Counted from the stretch's first letter, positions 19,538 through 29,156 are shown. The stretch: 64,000 nt of DNA from an uncultured Bacteroidia bacterium (GCA_963543925.1 CAUUCP010000006.1:1776-65775), one strand, 5' to 3'. The notes: generated by a model from the sequence alone, not told the origin. Numbers and translations: made by a program.

Positions 19538-19593
19538 TAGCAGTAAAACGGGTCAAAGGAGCGTTTTCTTTTGACGAAAAAACATTGAAGGAC

Positions 19594-20934
19594 ATGGACG
19601 TACAACAGATTTTGGCTGATTTGCAGAAGAAGCACCCAGGCGAGCCTCAGTTCCTACAAGCAGTCACAGAGGTTTTGGAATCGGTGAAAGACGTGTACAA
19701 CGAAAACCCCAAGTTCGCACAGAACAAGATCATGGAGCGCATCATCGAGCCTGATCGCGTATTTATGTTCAAGGTGCCCTGGGAAGATGACAAGGGCGAG
19801 ATCCATGTAAACATCGGTTACCGTGTACAGTTCAACGGTGCTATCGGTCCATACAAGGGCGGGATTCGTTTCCAACCCAATGTGACATTGGATACCATGA
19901 AGTTCCTCGGTTTCGAACAAACCTTCAAAAATGCTCTTACGACCCTCCCTATGGGTGGTGGTAAGGGGGGAAGTGATTTCAACCCGACAGGACGTTCGGA
20001 TGCTGAAGTCCGCCGTTTCTGCGAAAAGTTCGTCATGGAGCTCTGGCGTCACATCGGTGCTGAAACCGACGTTCCTGCAGGGGACATGGGCGTAGGTGGA
20101 CGTGAAATCGGATACATGTACGGGATGTACAAAAAGCTCGCGCAGTGCCACACGGGCGTATTCACCGGTAAGGGGATGAACTGGGGTGGATCGAAGATGC
20201 GTCCCGAAGCTACAGGATACGGTGCCGTATTCTTCCTCTGCCATATGCTCGCTGCACACAACGATACGATCAAGGGCAAGCGCGTAGCTGTTTCTGGGTT
20301 CGGTAACGTGGCTTGGGGCGCATGCGAAAAACTCGTACAGTTGGGCGCAAAGGTCGTATGTATCTCGGGGCCTGACGGATACATCCTCGACGAAGCAGGT
20401 ATGACACAAGAAAAGGTCAACTACATGCTCGAACTGCGTGCATCGAACCAGAACGTAGTAGCTCCGTACGAAAAGAAGTTCCCAGGTTCGAAGTTTATCG
20501 CTGGAAAGAAACCGTGGGAAGTTAAGGTGGATATCGCAATGCCTTGCGCTACCCAGAACGAGTTGAGCGCGGACGATGCAAAGGCGTTGATCGCGAACGG
20601 TGTGAAGTACGTAGCCGAAGTATCCAACATGGGATGCCAAGCAGATGCTATCCACGCCTTCATTAACGCACGTATCCCATTCGGTCCTGGTAAGGCAGTG
20701 AACGCTGGTGGGGTCGCTACCTCTGGGTTGGAAATGTCGCAGAATGCATTGAAGCTTAGCTGGTCTGGTGACGAAGTCATCGCTCGCTTGGAGACCATCA
20801 TGCAAGACATCTTCAACGCTGCCGTACAATACGGTAAGGAAAAGGACGGCTACATCAACCTCGTTAAGGGGGCAAACATTGCGGGCTTCATGAAGGTGGC
20901 TAACGCAATGTGCGACCTCGGTCTAGTATACTAA
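19594..20934 (+). CDS. gdh: glutamate dehydrogenase
   Basis: From MDVQQILADLQKKHPGEPQF. Contains PYKGGIRF, LPMGGGKGGSDF, GFGNVAWGA. 446 aa from ATG 19594; the upstream ORF extension is non-coding-like. Confidence 0.93.
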   Translation: MDVQQILADLQKKHPGEPQFLQAVTEVLESVKDVYNENPKFAQNKIMERIIEPDRVFMFKVPWEDDKGEIHVNIGYRVQFNGAIGPYKGGIRFQPNVTLDTMKFLGFEQTFKNALTTLPMGGGKGGSDFNPTGRSDAEVRRFCEKFVMELWRHIGAETDVPAGDMGVGGREIGYMYGMYKKLAQCHTGVFTGKGMNWGGSKMRPEATGYGAVFFLCHMLAAHNDTIKGKRVAVSGFGNVAWGACEKLVQLGAKVVCISGPDGYILDEAGMTQEKVNYMLELRASNQNVVAPYEKKFPGSKFIAGKKPWEVKVDIAMPCATQNELSADDAKALIANGVKYVAEVSNMGCQADAIHAFINARIPFGPGKAVNAGGVATSGLEMSQNALKLSWSGDEVIARLETIMQDIFNAAVQYGKEKDGYINLVKGANIAGFMKVANAMCDLGLVY

Positions 20935-20965
20935 GGCTCTCATTTCTACTTGTTAGATGTAAGGC

Positions 20966-21001
20966 GGACGCCTGAGGGAAACCTCGGGCGTCCTTTTTTT
21001 A
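20966..21001 (+). terminator. rho-independent terminator after gdh
   Basis: GGACGCCTGAGG gaaa CCTCGGGCGTCC followed by T7. Confidence 0.8.
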
Positions 21002-21032
21002 CATCCATGGATAACCAGTAGATGGGATACGA

Positions 21033-21247
21033 GGAAAATCACCCCCCCAGAGAAATCACCCTAAAAGAAATCAACCCCAGAGAAATCACCCTAGGGTGAT
21101 TCTCTGGGAGGGTCGAGCGAGAGGCGCTCTTATTGCCCTCCCTCTCAATTACCGCCCCAATTTCCGCCCCCAGTGCTCCCTCCAATTTCCGCCCCCCGTT
21201 ATAATGGGGAAACGCCATAATGGGGAAATGCCATAATGGAGAAACGC
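21033..21247. repeat. cluster of three short direct-repeat families in a convergent intergenic region
   Basis: AGAAATCACCC x4 plus one inverted copy (GGGTGATTCTCT) at 21033-21105. AATTTCCGCCCC x3 at 21147-21197. ATAATGGGGAAAYGCC x3 at 21201-21247. Confidence 0.8.
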
Positions 21248-21278
21248 TAGGTGCGCAAGGACGACCGCCCCCTCCCCC

Positions 21279-23933
21279 CTAGTCGTCTTCCCAAGTGATG
21301 GTAGGTTTTTCCTTTTTAGGCTCGGGAGACGGAGATTGTGCGCGTTTCGGTGCCGGAGTGGCGGATGTGCGATGCGTGCTGTCAACCTCTTCCCATTCGA
21401 TGTGGTAATGAGCGTCGGGCGACGACGGGCGAGGCGTGCGCATAGAGTCTGACGACGGACGAAGACCAAACTCATCGTTGAAGAGGTCACGTAACGCTGC
21501 CTTTTCGCTAGCTACCCGTTCGCGATAACGATCGGCAAGCGCCTTACGGTCATAGGAAACACGAACACCCGCAGAATCGCCCTGTAAGAGCAAATAAAGC
21601 ACGCCTCCCTCCTTACCCTCCTCTTGGTAAGACTCATCATCTATATCGCGCGATTTTGACCGCATTCGGTGAAATAACAGATCCGAAAGCGAGAGCTGTA
21701 GACGGTACTGAAAACGAGAGTCGAAATATTGTTCTCCTTGGAAGCGGAGACTCAACGCTGAAGAGTTGATCTGCATCTGAGGCACCGTAATCTTCTCTTG
21801 GAGGATGGAAATCTCATTGCTCAGGGTTGAGAAACGAATGTGTCGCAACTCCTCCAGACGAATAAAGGTCGACAGAGCCTCAAGCCCTTCAATCTCATTG
21901 AGCTCGCCGTTCTGTACCGTCACGCGGGAGCGAAGCTGTAGATCCGGGAAATAAGGCTTCCCCTGAAAAAAGGGAAGATGTAGGCTCAATGAGCCAGAGA
22001 GTAAACCCGACAGATTCTTGTGCCCGAAGTTGGTGAGTCCAAAATCATCGTAGCGAAGAAAAAGCTCGTGAAGGTCAAGACGTTCTGGAAATAGGTTCGC
22101 GTGCAACAGCGAATTCCTCTCACCCTCCGACTGGAAAAGAAGGTCGCCATGAAGACGACCACCCAATAGTTGCGCTTTTTGTAAATCGATTTGGATGCGG
22201 TCGCGGTTCGCCACGACCCGAGCCTGTACCGAATCGATGGGAGAGTCCCGATAGGTGCAGGAAGAAAGGCGCACGTCGCCGCGGAACGTACCGAGACGAG
22301 ACCAGAGATCCTCCACGGGGCTCGGCGCGACGGAATCCCGCTTGGAGGGAGACGCATCAGGATTCCATACTGGCAAACCATCGCTCGGGATCTTCCACTG
22401 AGAAAGGTGTGCATTGATCGTCCACTGGGGTAAAGCGCCCTTTCGGAAAAGAGAAAAAACGTTCTGAACATTGATCCCAAGGTCGAACGGAGAGCCGTTC
22501 CACTTCCCTCGTATTGCTCCCTTGATGAGATCCTCGTTATTGAGGGTCAGCGCTCCCTCTACATTGGTAAAAATCTGGTACGGATTGGGCAAGAGGCGAT
22601 CGACACTAAAGTCAAGATCGAAGCGTAATTTCGGATCGATAAGGGTCTCGGGGGTCACGTGACCCAGATCCTGTAGAGAGGTGACACACTCCCCAGAGCC
22701 ACGCAAGAAGCTATAACGCTCGAGGTAGGGAGTGAGGAAGGGTAGTTGAACCTCATTATTCACCAACGCGAAACCTACCTGTGCATAGAGGTGCGGGTGA
22801 TCGAGATTGGTCATACGAAACTTCCCCGTGAGGGTCGAGTTCCGATGGACGATCTCGCAACGGGAAATGGAAAACGAGGTGGCGGCACGAGAACCCTCTG
22901 CGCCGTTACTAAAATGACCTTGTAGAACCCGAAGGGTGTAATGCTCTCCAGCATACCGAAGGCCGAGACGTTCCCCATACAAGTTCATTTCTATACTCAG
23001 GGGGCGATCAAGAACCCCCTTCAGTTGAAGGTCGGCATTCAGTTTCCCCTCTAGTTCTACGCTCGGGGGGAGCTGCCATTTGTATTGCGAGGCAAAGGCG
23101 AGAAGCGTACGTAGGTCGAGATTTTTCCCACGAATATCCCACTCGGTCGTGTGATCGGAAAGGTGGAGAAAGCCCGCGACTTCCAACTCGTTGCGGTCGA
23201 GCTGCAGGCTCGTGCTTACTGTTTCCAAACGTTGATCTTCGATTTGGAGGTGGCTCGACAGTTCGAAATGTTGTTTCTGTGCAAAAATGAAATCCCCCTG
23301 CCGAGCATGTTCCACGAGCCCCTCGGCGCGTACGCGGAAGTAAGAGTTGCCACCAACCAAAGAAAACTGAGCTCGGAGCTTGGGGAGGATCAGACGTGTC
23401 GAGAAAAGGGCCTGAGCATCTCGGAACTGAGTCACCATCTGGTCGAGGCGCATCTCGCGGATGTCCAGTGTGATGGGGGAAACCGCCGCCTCCTCCCCCT
23501 GCGGGGGCGTCTCCTCTTGGCGGGGACGTAGCAGGTCGTAGTTACGGATGCCCTCTTTGCTGTGCCGTAGATTGAGGTAGCCGTGAACTATCCGAAAAGA
23601 CTCTACGCGCCCCTTGCCTCTGAGGAGTTCAAAAGGGTTTAGGGTGAGAAAGACACTCTTGGCGACCAGCAGCGTATCCTCCTTTCCAAATACCTCGGGG
23701 TGCGCAGAGGGGATCGTCACGTCCCGCAGGTGTAGCGAGGCGTGCGGAAAGTTGGCAAAAAAGGTAAACTCCACTCCCGAGGTGGACACCGGAACGGAGA
23801 GGGATTCGTTCAGCGTACTCAAGCTCTGTTGCACGATGTATTCGCCCCATCGTTTTTCGAGAAAAAAGAGAAGGGCAAAAAGAAGCCCCACGATGCCCAA
23901 GAGCACCAGCAGTATATTGCGAAGGATGCGCAA
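21279..23933 (-). CDS. AsmA-family outer-membrane biogenesis protein
   Basis: N-terminal TM anchor (ILLVLLGIVGLLFALLFF), a long beta-rich body of about 800 aa typical of AsmA/TamB-like proteins, and a basic/Pro-rich tail. Confidence 0.6.
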   Translation of the reverse strand: MRILRNILLVLLGIVGLLFALLFFLEKRWGEYIVQQSLSTLNESLSVPVSTSGVEFTFFANFPHASLHLRDVTIPSAHPEVFGKEDTLLVAKSVFLTLNPFELLRGKGRVESFRIVHGYLNLRHSKEGIRNYDLLRPRQEETPPQGEEAAVSPITLDIREMRLDQMVTQFRDAQALFSTRLILPKLRAQFSLVGGNSYFRVRAEGLVEHARQGDFIFAQKQHFELSSHLQIEDQRLETVSTSLQLDRNELEVAGFLHLSDHTTEWDIRGKNLDLRTLLAFASQYKWQLPPSVELEGKLNADLQLKGVLDRPLSIEMNLYGERLGLRYAGEHYTLRVLQGHFSNGAEGSRAATSFSISRCEIVHRNSTLTGKFRMTNLDHPHLYAQVGFALVNNEVQLPFLTPYLERYSFLRGSGECVTSLQDLGHVTPETLIDPKLRFDLDFSVDRLLPNPYQIFTNVEGALTLNNEDLIKGAIRGKWNGSPFDLGINVQNVFSLFRKGALPQWTINAHLSQWKIPSDGLPVWNPDASPSKRDSVAPSPVEDLWSRLGTFRGDVRLSSCTYRDSPIDSVQARVVANRDRIQIDLQKAQLLGGRLHGDLLFQSEGERNSLLHANLFPERLDLHELFLRYDDFGLTNFGHKNLSGLLSGSLSLHLPFFQGKPYFPDLQLRSRVTVQNGELNEIEGLEALSTFIRLEELRHIRFSTLSNEISILQEKITVPQMQINSSALSLRFQGEQYFDSRFQYRLQLSLSDLLFHRMRSKSRDIDDESYQEEGKEGGVLYLLLQGDSAGVRVSYDRKALADRYRERVASEKAALRDLFNDEFGLRPSSDSMRTPRPSSPDAHYHIEWEEVDSTHRTSATPAPKRAQSPSPEPKKEKPTITWEDD

Positions 23934-24069
23934 AACGATGTCTAATTGAATGGTTATCGCAAGAGTAACGTCTAAAGTGCAGAGAAAGATACGAAGAGCG
24001 CCAGGAATGCGAGAGGAATGCGAGAGGAAAGACGAGGAGAAAAATGAGGAGAAAGATGATTGAAAAAAG

Positions 24070-24432
24070 GTAGTGTTCGTAAAAGTGTGTAATAGGGCTG
24101 CCTATTTCTCCGCCTATTGCTCACTCTTTGTACACACAGTGCAGAGTACTACTTTAGAAATTCATAAACCAATATTTCTATACGTGTTTATAAATAATAT
24201 AGTGTAGAAATAATGAAATATATTATGCGAATGGCTATTTTTCTGCAGAATAGGCAGGGGGAAACACGCCCAGAACACGCCCGGAATACGCCCAGAACAC
24301 GTAGGCTACACCTGCTCTACCCTATCTCACCACGTAGGGGAGGGGTAGTATATTTATGAATATATAAAGTTTTATAAGCTCACTATCGCCGACCCGCTCT
24401 CACCCACTTACACACTCTTCTAGGACAGTATC
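24070..24432 (-). repeat. MITE-like dispersed element, copy D (inverted, diverged)
   Basis: Starts GTAGTGTTCGTAAAAGTGTGTAATAGGGCTGCCTATTTCTCCGCC, which matches the reverse complement of the right ends of A and B. Ends CTTACACACTCTTCTAGGACAGTATC, the reverse complement of the left TIR. Flanked by GAAAAAAG / GAAAAATG. Confidence 0.75.
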
Positions 24433-24697
24433 GAAAAATGGGAGGGGCATCAGACAACCGAGGGTGTATCTGGAGATCCCCCCCCCCTCACTTTCCTTCC
24501 CGAATCGATATTGACAAATCGGATCTTTTCATGGGAGATATTGATGCTTTTAGGGGGTCATAGGGCATAATTTTGGGTTCATTGGTGGCAATGCCGAGGA
24601 TTTTCTCATAGGACTTTAAGGCTGTTGTAGGCGGGGCTGTGCGAAAAATGGAGAAAAAAGAACAGGTGGGGGAGAACATTGTTGAAATAAAAGGTTG

Positions 24698-24705
24698 TAC
24701 ATTTG
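24698..24705 (+). promoter_or_regulatory. -7 box TACATTTG
   Basis: TAnnTTTG match with TTG motifs about 20 nt upstream, 51 nt before ATG 24757. Confidence 0.5.
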
Positions 24706-24756
24706 CAGTGCTTCGTACGTGGTGTACGGGGTCTAACTCACTAAAACAAAATAGGA

Positions 24757-26781
24757 ATGAGAAAAATTTTGTTGAATGCAGCGATGCTTCTCGGAGCATT
24801 GTTGCTGTTCGTGCCGCTGAGCAAGGCGCAATTGCAGGATCCCACTGCTATTACCATTGATCCTGCAACTGTTGAGCTGAAGAAAGGCGAAACTAAGGAG
24901 ATCACTCTTAAGTTCGTACCTGAAACCAATGTAGATAAGGAAGCTACTGTTGTTGCAGAACCAGCAGACAAGCTTACTGTAAGTGTAGCGAACGGAGTCT
25001 TGAAGCTCGTTGCAGATAAGGATATCACAGCAGAAACAGCAGTTAAAGTGACTGTGACTAGCACGAAAGTTTCTACTATTAAGGCAGTTTGCAATGTAAC
25101 TCTGAAGCCTGCTCCTGCTTTGCAGAATCCCACTGCTATTACCATTGATCCTGCAACTGTTGAGCTGAAGAAAGGCGAAACTAAGGAGATCACTCTTAAG
25201 TTCGTACCTGAAACCAATGTAGATAAGGAAGCTACTGTTGTTGCAGAACCAGCAGACAAGCTTACTGTAAGTGTAGCGAACGGAGTCTTGAAGCTCGTTG
25301 CAGATAAGGATATCACAGCAGAAACAGCAGTTAAAGTGACTGTGACTAGCACGAAAGTTTCTACTATTAAGGCAGTTTGCAATGTAACTCTGAAGCCTGC
25401 TGCTCTCTTTACCCTGAAGAACGAAGGTAAGGCTACAGTAAAGGTGGAAAAGAAGGGTACTGATGGTCAGTATACTACAGTTACAGAAGCTGATTATAGT
25501 AAGTTGGCAGCTAACGACGAGATCAAGGTTACTGTAGAAGCTCCAGCTGGTAAGGAAATTGAAAAGGTAACTGTAAAGGTTGGTACAGGTGCTGAAGAAG
25601 CATTGACGGCTACAGAAAAGAAGTACATCAGGGAATTGAAGTTGGAAGCAGGCAAGCCAGTTGTTGTAACTGTAACAATGAAGACACCTGCTAAGGTTAC
25701 CTTGACTGTAACGAACGATAAATCTATTAAGGCAGACGCTTACACGACAACTCCTGCACTTGCTACTGGTAAGGTTGAGGTTGATAAGGATGCTAAGGTA
25801 ACATTTACGTTCAAGGCTGCTCCTGAAAAGGGTAAGATGTATCAAATCAAGGCTAAGGAAGCTGATGCAGCTAATGTTACTGTTGGTGCTTACGATGCAA
25901 CCAAGAAGACGATCGAAGTTACTGTAAAGGGTAATGCTGAAGTAACTGTAGCTCTTGTACCTGCAGCTCCCGCTGCTTCAATCGTAGACCTCGCTGGTAA
26001 TGCTAAGGAAGATGCTGAAGTAAAGGCATTCACCAAGGCTGATGATGGTAAGTTCACGAAGGAAACGAAACTCGAAGATTTGAAGGCTAACGAAGAGTTT
26101 GTACTCCAGATCACTGCTAAGGAAGGTAAGAAGATTACCAAGGTAGAAGTGAAGGTTGGCGATGCTGAAGCTAAGCCTCTTGAACTTAAGGACAACAAAT
26201 ATACCACCGAGCCTATCAAGGTTGAGGCTGGTAAGAAGGTTGTTGTTACGGTAACTACCGAAGAACCTCCTGCTGCTGCTCTTCTCGAAGTAAAAGCTGA
26301 TCAGGGTGTTACTGTAAAGGTAGAAGTTGCTGGTAAGGAAGTTACAGACTTCTCTAAGATTAAGGCTGGTGATGATTTGACTATCACTGTTACAGCTCCT
26401 GCTAATAAGCCTGTTGTTACGGTAACTGTAACCGAAGAAGGTGGTCAGCCCAAGACACTCGAACTGAAGGATGGCAAGTACACCCATAAGATGGGTACTA
26501 AGAAGACCGTGTTGACTGTAACGGCAAAAACTCCTGCAGAAGATGCTGTATTGGCTGCTGTAGCTGTATACCCGAACCCATTCGTAGGTCAACTCTTCGT
26601 GGCTAACACCGCAGAAGTAGCTAAGGTGGCTTTGGTTAACGCTCAGGGTGTAGTTGTACGTACGGTATTGCCCGCTGGTGCAAACGAACTCAACATCGCT
26701 GTTGAAGACTTGCCCGCTGGTGTATACGTATTGGTACTCGAGCGCGAAGGCGCACGCAAGGCTATCCGCCTCGTGAAGTAA
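24757..26781 (+). CDS. T9SS-secreted repetitive surface protein (two Big_2-like domains, divergent beta modules, C-terminal sorting domain)
   Basis: Signal peptide MRKILLNAAMLLGALLLFVPLSKA. ITIDPATVELKKGETKEITLKFVPE resembles Big_2. The C-terminus VYPNPFVGQLFV...LPAGVYVLVLE...IRLVK is a T9SS CTD. Confidence 0.85.
   Translation: MRKILLNAAMLLGALLLFVPLSKAQLQDPTAITIDPATVELKKGETKEITLKFVPETNVDKEATVVAEPADKLTVSVANGVLKLVADKDITAETAVKVTVTSTKVSTIKAVCNVTLKPAPALQNPTAITIDPATVELKKGETKEITLKFVPETNVDKEATVVAEPADKLTVSVANGVLKLVADKDITAETAVKVTVTSTKVSTIKAVCNVTLKPAALFTLKNEGKATVKVEKKGTDGQYTTVTEADYSKLAANDEIKVTVEAPAGKEIEKVTVKVGTGAEEALTATEKKYIRELKLEAGKPVVVTVTMKTPAKVTLTVTNDKSIKADAYTTTPALATGKVEVDKDAKVTFTFKAAPEKGKMYQIKAKEADAANVTVGAYDATKKTIEVTVKGNAEVTVALVPAAPAASIVDLAGNAKEDAEVKAFTKADDGKFTKETKLEDLKANEEFVLQITAKEGKKITKVEVKVGDAEAKPLELKDNKYTTEPIKVEAGKKVVVTVTTEEPPAAALLEVKADQGVTVKVEVAGKEVTDFSKIKAGDDLTITVTAPANKPVVTVTVTEEGGQPKTLELKDGKYTHKMGTKKTVLTVTAKTPAEDAVLAAVAVYPNPFVGQLFVANTAEVAKVALVNAQGVVVRTVLPAGANELNIAVEDLPAGVYVLVLEREGARKAIRLVK
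24832..25401 (+). repeat. in-frame tandem duplication, period 288 bp (96 aa)
   Basis: 24832-25113 and 25120-25401 appear identical except for G/A at 24838. Both antisense frames also translate identically across the two copies. Confidence 0.9.
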
Positions 26782-26814
26782 TTAGGGTAGTCCCTTAATT
26801 AGGAATCTCTTAGG

Positions 26815-26850
26815 GGGAGTCCTCTCGGAAACGGGAGGACTCCCTTTTTC
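26815..26850 (+). terminator. rho-independent terminator after the T9SS cargo gene
   Basis: GGGAGTCCTC tcggaaacgg GAGGACTCCC followed by T5. Confidence 0.8.
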
Positions 26851-27001
26851 TATCTCTCCATTGCCGAGAGGCGTATTGCCCCCCCCTTAGGGTGAAACGA
26901 TGGTTTACTATTTACTCTCTTTCCTCTATTTCTTGGGGACAGGACGCTGGGTGTGGGGTGTGCTTCGCCTCTTTTTTCCTTCTACGTTCTACGATTTTTT
27001 G

Positions 27002-27009
27002 TAACTTTG
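27002..27009 (+). promoter_or_regulatory. -7 box TAACTTTG
   Basis: TAnnTTTG match 80 nt upstream of ATG 27090. Confidence 0.45.
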
Positions 27010-27089
27010 TAGAACGGTGTGTGGTCTTGCACAGACTGTTTTCTTTGGTAACTTGGGTCTATCATGGATCTTCTAAATTATCTCGCATC

Positions 27090-27983
27090 ATGCTTCGATC
27101 GATGACTGGTTTTGGAAAGGCGGTGGTCTCTGGCGAGCGGTTGTCCCTCTCGGTGGAACTGAAGTCTGTGAATAGCAAGGTCTTGGATCTCGGAGGACTT
27201 CGTCTCCCCTTTCGCTATCGGAGTCAGGAAGCATGGGTACGCAACGAGCTCGCCGAGGGACTCGAGCGCGGAAAGGTCGACTTGCAGGTGACGCTCTCCT
27301 GGCTCGAAGGATGCGAACCATTCGCAACGGGATTGAATACAGCACAGTTCTCGCACGTGGTGCGACTCCTGAAAAGTGCTAGCCAGGCAGAGGGACTCCA
27401 CTGTTCCGACGACGTCATCTTTTCTACCGCCATGCAGTCCGATGGGGTATGGCATCAAGAGGAGGAAGAACCTGATGAACAGGAGTTTCTCCTCCTTGCC
27501 CAAGCCGTCGACGAGGCTATTGCTGCGCTGAATGCTTTTCGTATCAAAGAGGCAGAGGCTACTTTGCGTGATTTCCGAGAACAGTTGCGGGTCATCCGCG
27601 CGGCGGCGGCTCGTGTCGATGAGATTAAAGATGCCCGTCCCGAGGTCTTCCGTCTCCGTTTCGAAGAGGAATTGGCGCGTCTCAAAGCCAAGGAAGCGAT
27701 AGTGGTAGACGAAGGGCGATTGGCGCAAGAACTCTTTTATCACATTCAACGCTTGGACGTGAACGAGGAACTGAAACGCCTCGCACAGCACTGTGTGGTC
27801 TTTGAAGAAACGATGGAACATGAGTCCTCACAAGGGAGAAAACTCAATTTTATTGCCCAAGAAATGGGGCGAGAAATGAATACCTTGGGCTCCAAGGCCT
27901 GCGATCAGGAGATACAGCACTGGGTCGTGCTAATGAAGGATGCGCTTGAAAAGATTAAGGAACAGGTCTTGAATATCTTGTAG
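27090..27983 (+). CDS. yicC: YicC-family stress-induced protein
   Basis: MLRSMTGFGKA... N-terminus and C-terminal RLDVNEELKRL / GRKLNFIAQEMGREMNTLGSK motifs. The upstream ORF extension is rejected. Confidence 0.88.
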   Translation: MLRSMTGFGKAVVSGERLSLSVELKSVNSKVLDLGGLRLPFRYRSQEAWVRNELAEGLERGKVDLQVTLSWLEGCEPFATGLNTAQFSHVVRLLKSASQAEGLHCSDDVIFSTAMQSDGVWHQEEEEPDEQEFLLLAQAVDEAIAALNAFRIKEAEATLRDFREQLRVIRAAAARVDEIKDARPEVFRLRFEEELARLKAKEAIVVDEGRLAQELFYHIQRLDVNEELKRLAQHCVVFEETMEHESSQGRKLNFIAQEMGREMNTLGSKACDQEIQHWVVLMKDALEKIKEQVLNIL

Positions 27984-27985
27984 AA

Positions 27986-28585
27986 ATGTCGGATACTGTA
28001 GCAACTACTCTCGGGCAGGCGCTCATCTTTTCTGCCCCATCGGGCGCTGGCAAGACGACGCTGATCTCTCATTTGTGTAAGGTCTTTCCCAATCTCAGAT
28101 TCTCCATCTCGGCATGTAGTCGTTCGCCACGGGAAAACGAGCGTGATGGGGTCGATTATTATTTCCTCTCCGAGCCAGAGTTCCGCAGGCGTATCGAACG
28201 CGGAGATTTCCTCGAATGGGAAGAGGTCTATGCGGGAAGTTTCTATGGAACGCTGCGTGGCGAGGTACAGCGCCTCTGGGCGCGCCATGAGGTGGTGCTC
28301 TTTGATGTGGATGTCAAGGGGGCGCTCAATCTCAAACGCGCTTTAGGAGAGTTTGCCTTGACGATCTTTATTGCTCCGCCCTCCAGAGAAGCCCTGCGGG
28401 AGCGTCTTGTAGCCCGTGGAACAGAGAGCGAGGAGTCTCTTGCAAAGCGGTTGGCTCGCTACGATCTCGAAATGTCCCAGAGTCAGAGCTTTGATCGCAT
28501 CGTAATAAATGACCAACTGGAACGAGCAGAGCACGAACTCGAACAGATCGTAGGCGAGTTCCTAGCCTTGCTCCCAAGACCATAG
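27986..28585 (+). CDS. gmk: guanylate kinase
   Basis: P-loop SAPSGAGKTTL, SACSRSPRENERDGVDYYF, EWEEVYAGSFYGT. Confidence 0.92.
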   Translation: MSDTVATTLGQALIFSAPSGAGKTTLISHLCKVFPNLRFSISACSRSPRENERDGVDYYFLSEPEFRRRIERGDFLEWEEVYAGSFYGTLRGEVQRLWARHEVVLFDVDVKGALNLKRALGEFALTIFIAPPSREALRERLVARGTESEESLAKRLARYDLEMSQSQSFDRIVINDQLERAEHELEQIVGEFLALLPRP

Positions 28586-28601
28586 TCCACCTTCTCCCGA
28601 A

Positions 28602-29156
28602 ATGGAAGTGGCACTCTTTTTCGGCACGTTTGATCCCCTCCACGTGGGACATGTCGCGATTATGGGGCACGTCCTCAATGCGGGGTTGGTAGACGAGCTC
28701 TGGTTGATCCCATCGCCGCACAACCCATTGAAAAACTATAACGAGATAACACCATACGCCGAACGTGTGGCGGCGCTTCGAGCCTCGCTGGCATACTATG
28801 CCGATGCGCGTCTGCGCCTCTCGGAAGTAGAAAAAGAGATGCCGCGCCCCTCCTACACTATCCTCACGCTAGAGCGGTTGCGAGCCCTCTATCCCGAGCA
28901 TAAGTTTTCACTCTTAATCGGTGGAGATTCCTTGGAAACCTTACCGAATTGGTATCGTGGGACGGAGATCTTGGAAAATTATCGGATTTTGGTCTATCCG
29001 CGTGCAGAGGTGCGTTCCTTGCCAGCCTCCTTGTCGCAGCAAGGAAATATCCATTTCTTGGATGCGCCTTTGCTCAATATCAGCGCTACCTACATCCGTG
29101 CTGGGCGTCGCGCTGGGCTGAATATGCGCTTCTTTGAGGCTGGACGCCTGCAGTGA
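28602..29156 (+). CDS. nadD: nicotinate-nucleotide adenylyltransferase
   Basis: FFGTFDPLHVGH (HxGH motif), PSPHNPLK, ISATYIR. Confidence 0.88.
   Translation: MEVALFFGTFDPLHVGHVAIMGHVLNAGLVDELWLIPSPHNPLKNYNEITPYAERVAALRASLAYYADARLRLSEVEKEMPRPSYTILTLERLRALYPEHKFSLLIGGDSLETLPNWYRGTEILENYRILVYPRAEVRSLPASLSQQGNIHFLDAPLLNISATYIRAGRRAGLNMRFFEAGRLQ

Noticed and set aside
19396-19593. N-terminal extensions suggested by the ORF track (gdh 19396, yicC 26892, rfbB 2851, sensor 39283, lipoprotein 50178, L19 29267, rimP 30067, yggS 8891, lptE 17248)
   Set aside because: The extensions overlap upstream genes or contain promoter and terminator sequences. They also lack family-typical N-termini, whereas internal ATGs give canonical starts.
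19654-20829. 391-aa ORF on the - strand
   Set aside because: It lies entirely antisense to gdh, whose + strand product has unmistakable glutamate dehydrogenase motifs. It is a shadow ORF with no recognisable family.
21033-21247. Possible CRISPR array
   Set aside because: The repeat units are only 11-16 bp and directly abutting or separated by a few nucleotides. There are no 25-40 bp unique spacers and no cas genes in the window.
18500-24700. Replication origin as the explanation for the negative-to-positive G/C asymmetry switch
   Set aside because: There is no dnaA, dnaN or obvious DnaA-box cluster here. An opposite switch occurs only about 35 kb away, which is incompatible with an origin/terminus pair. 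An inversion or codon-usage classes are more plausible explanations.
24733-25845. 370-aa and 213-aa Cys/Leu/Ser-rich - strand ORFs with internal repeats
   Set aside because: They are antisense to the T9SS cargo gene. Their repeats simply mirror the 288-bp duplication, and the + strand frame has a signal peptide, Big_2-like modules and a T9SS CTD.
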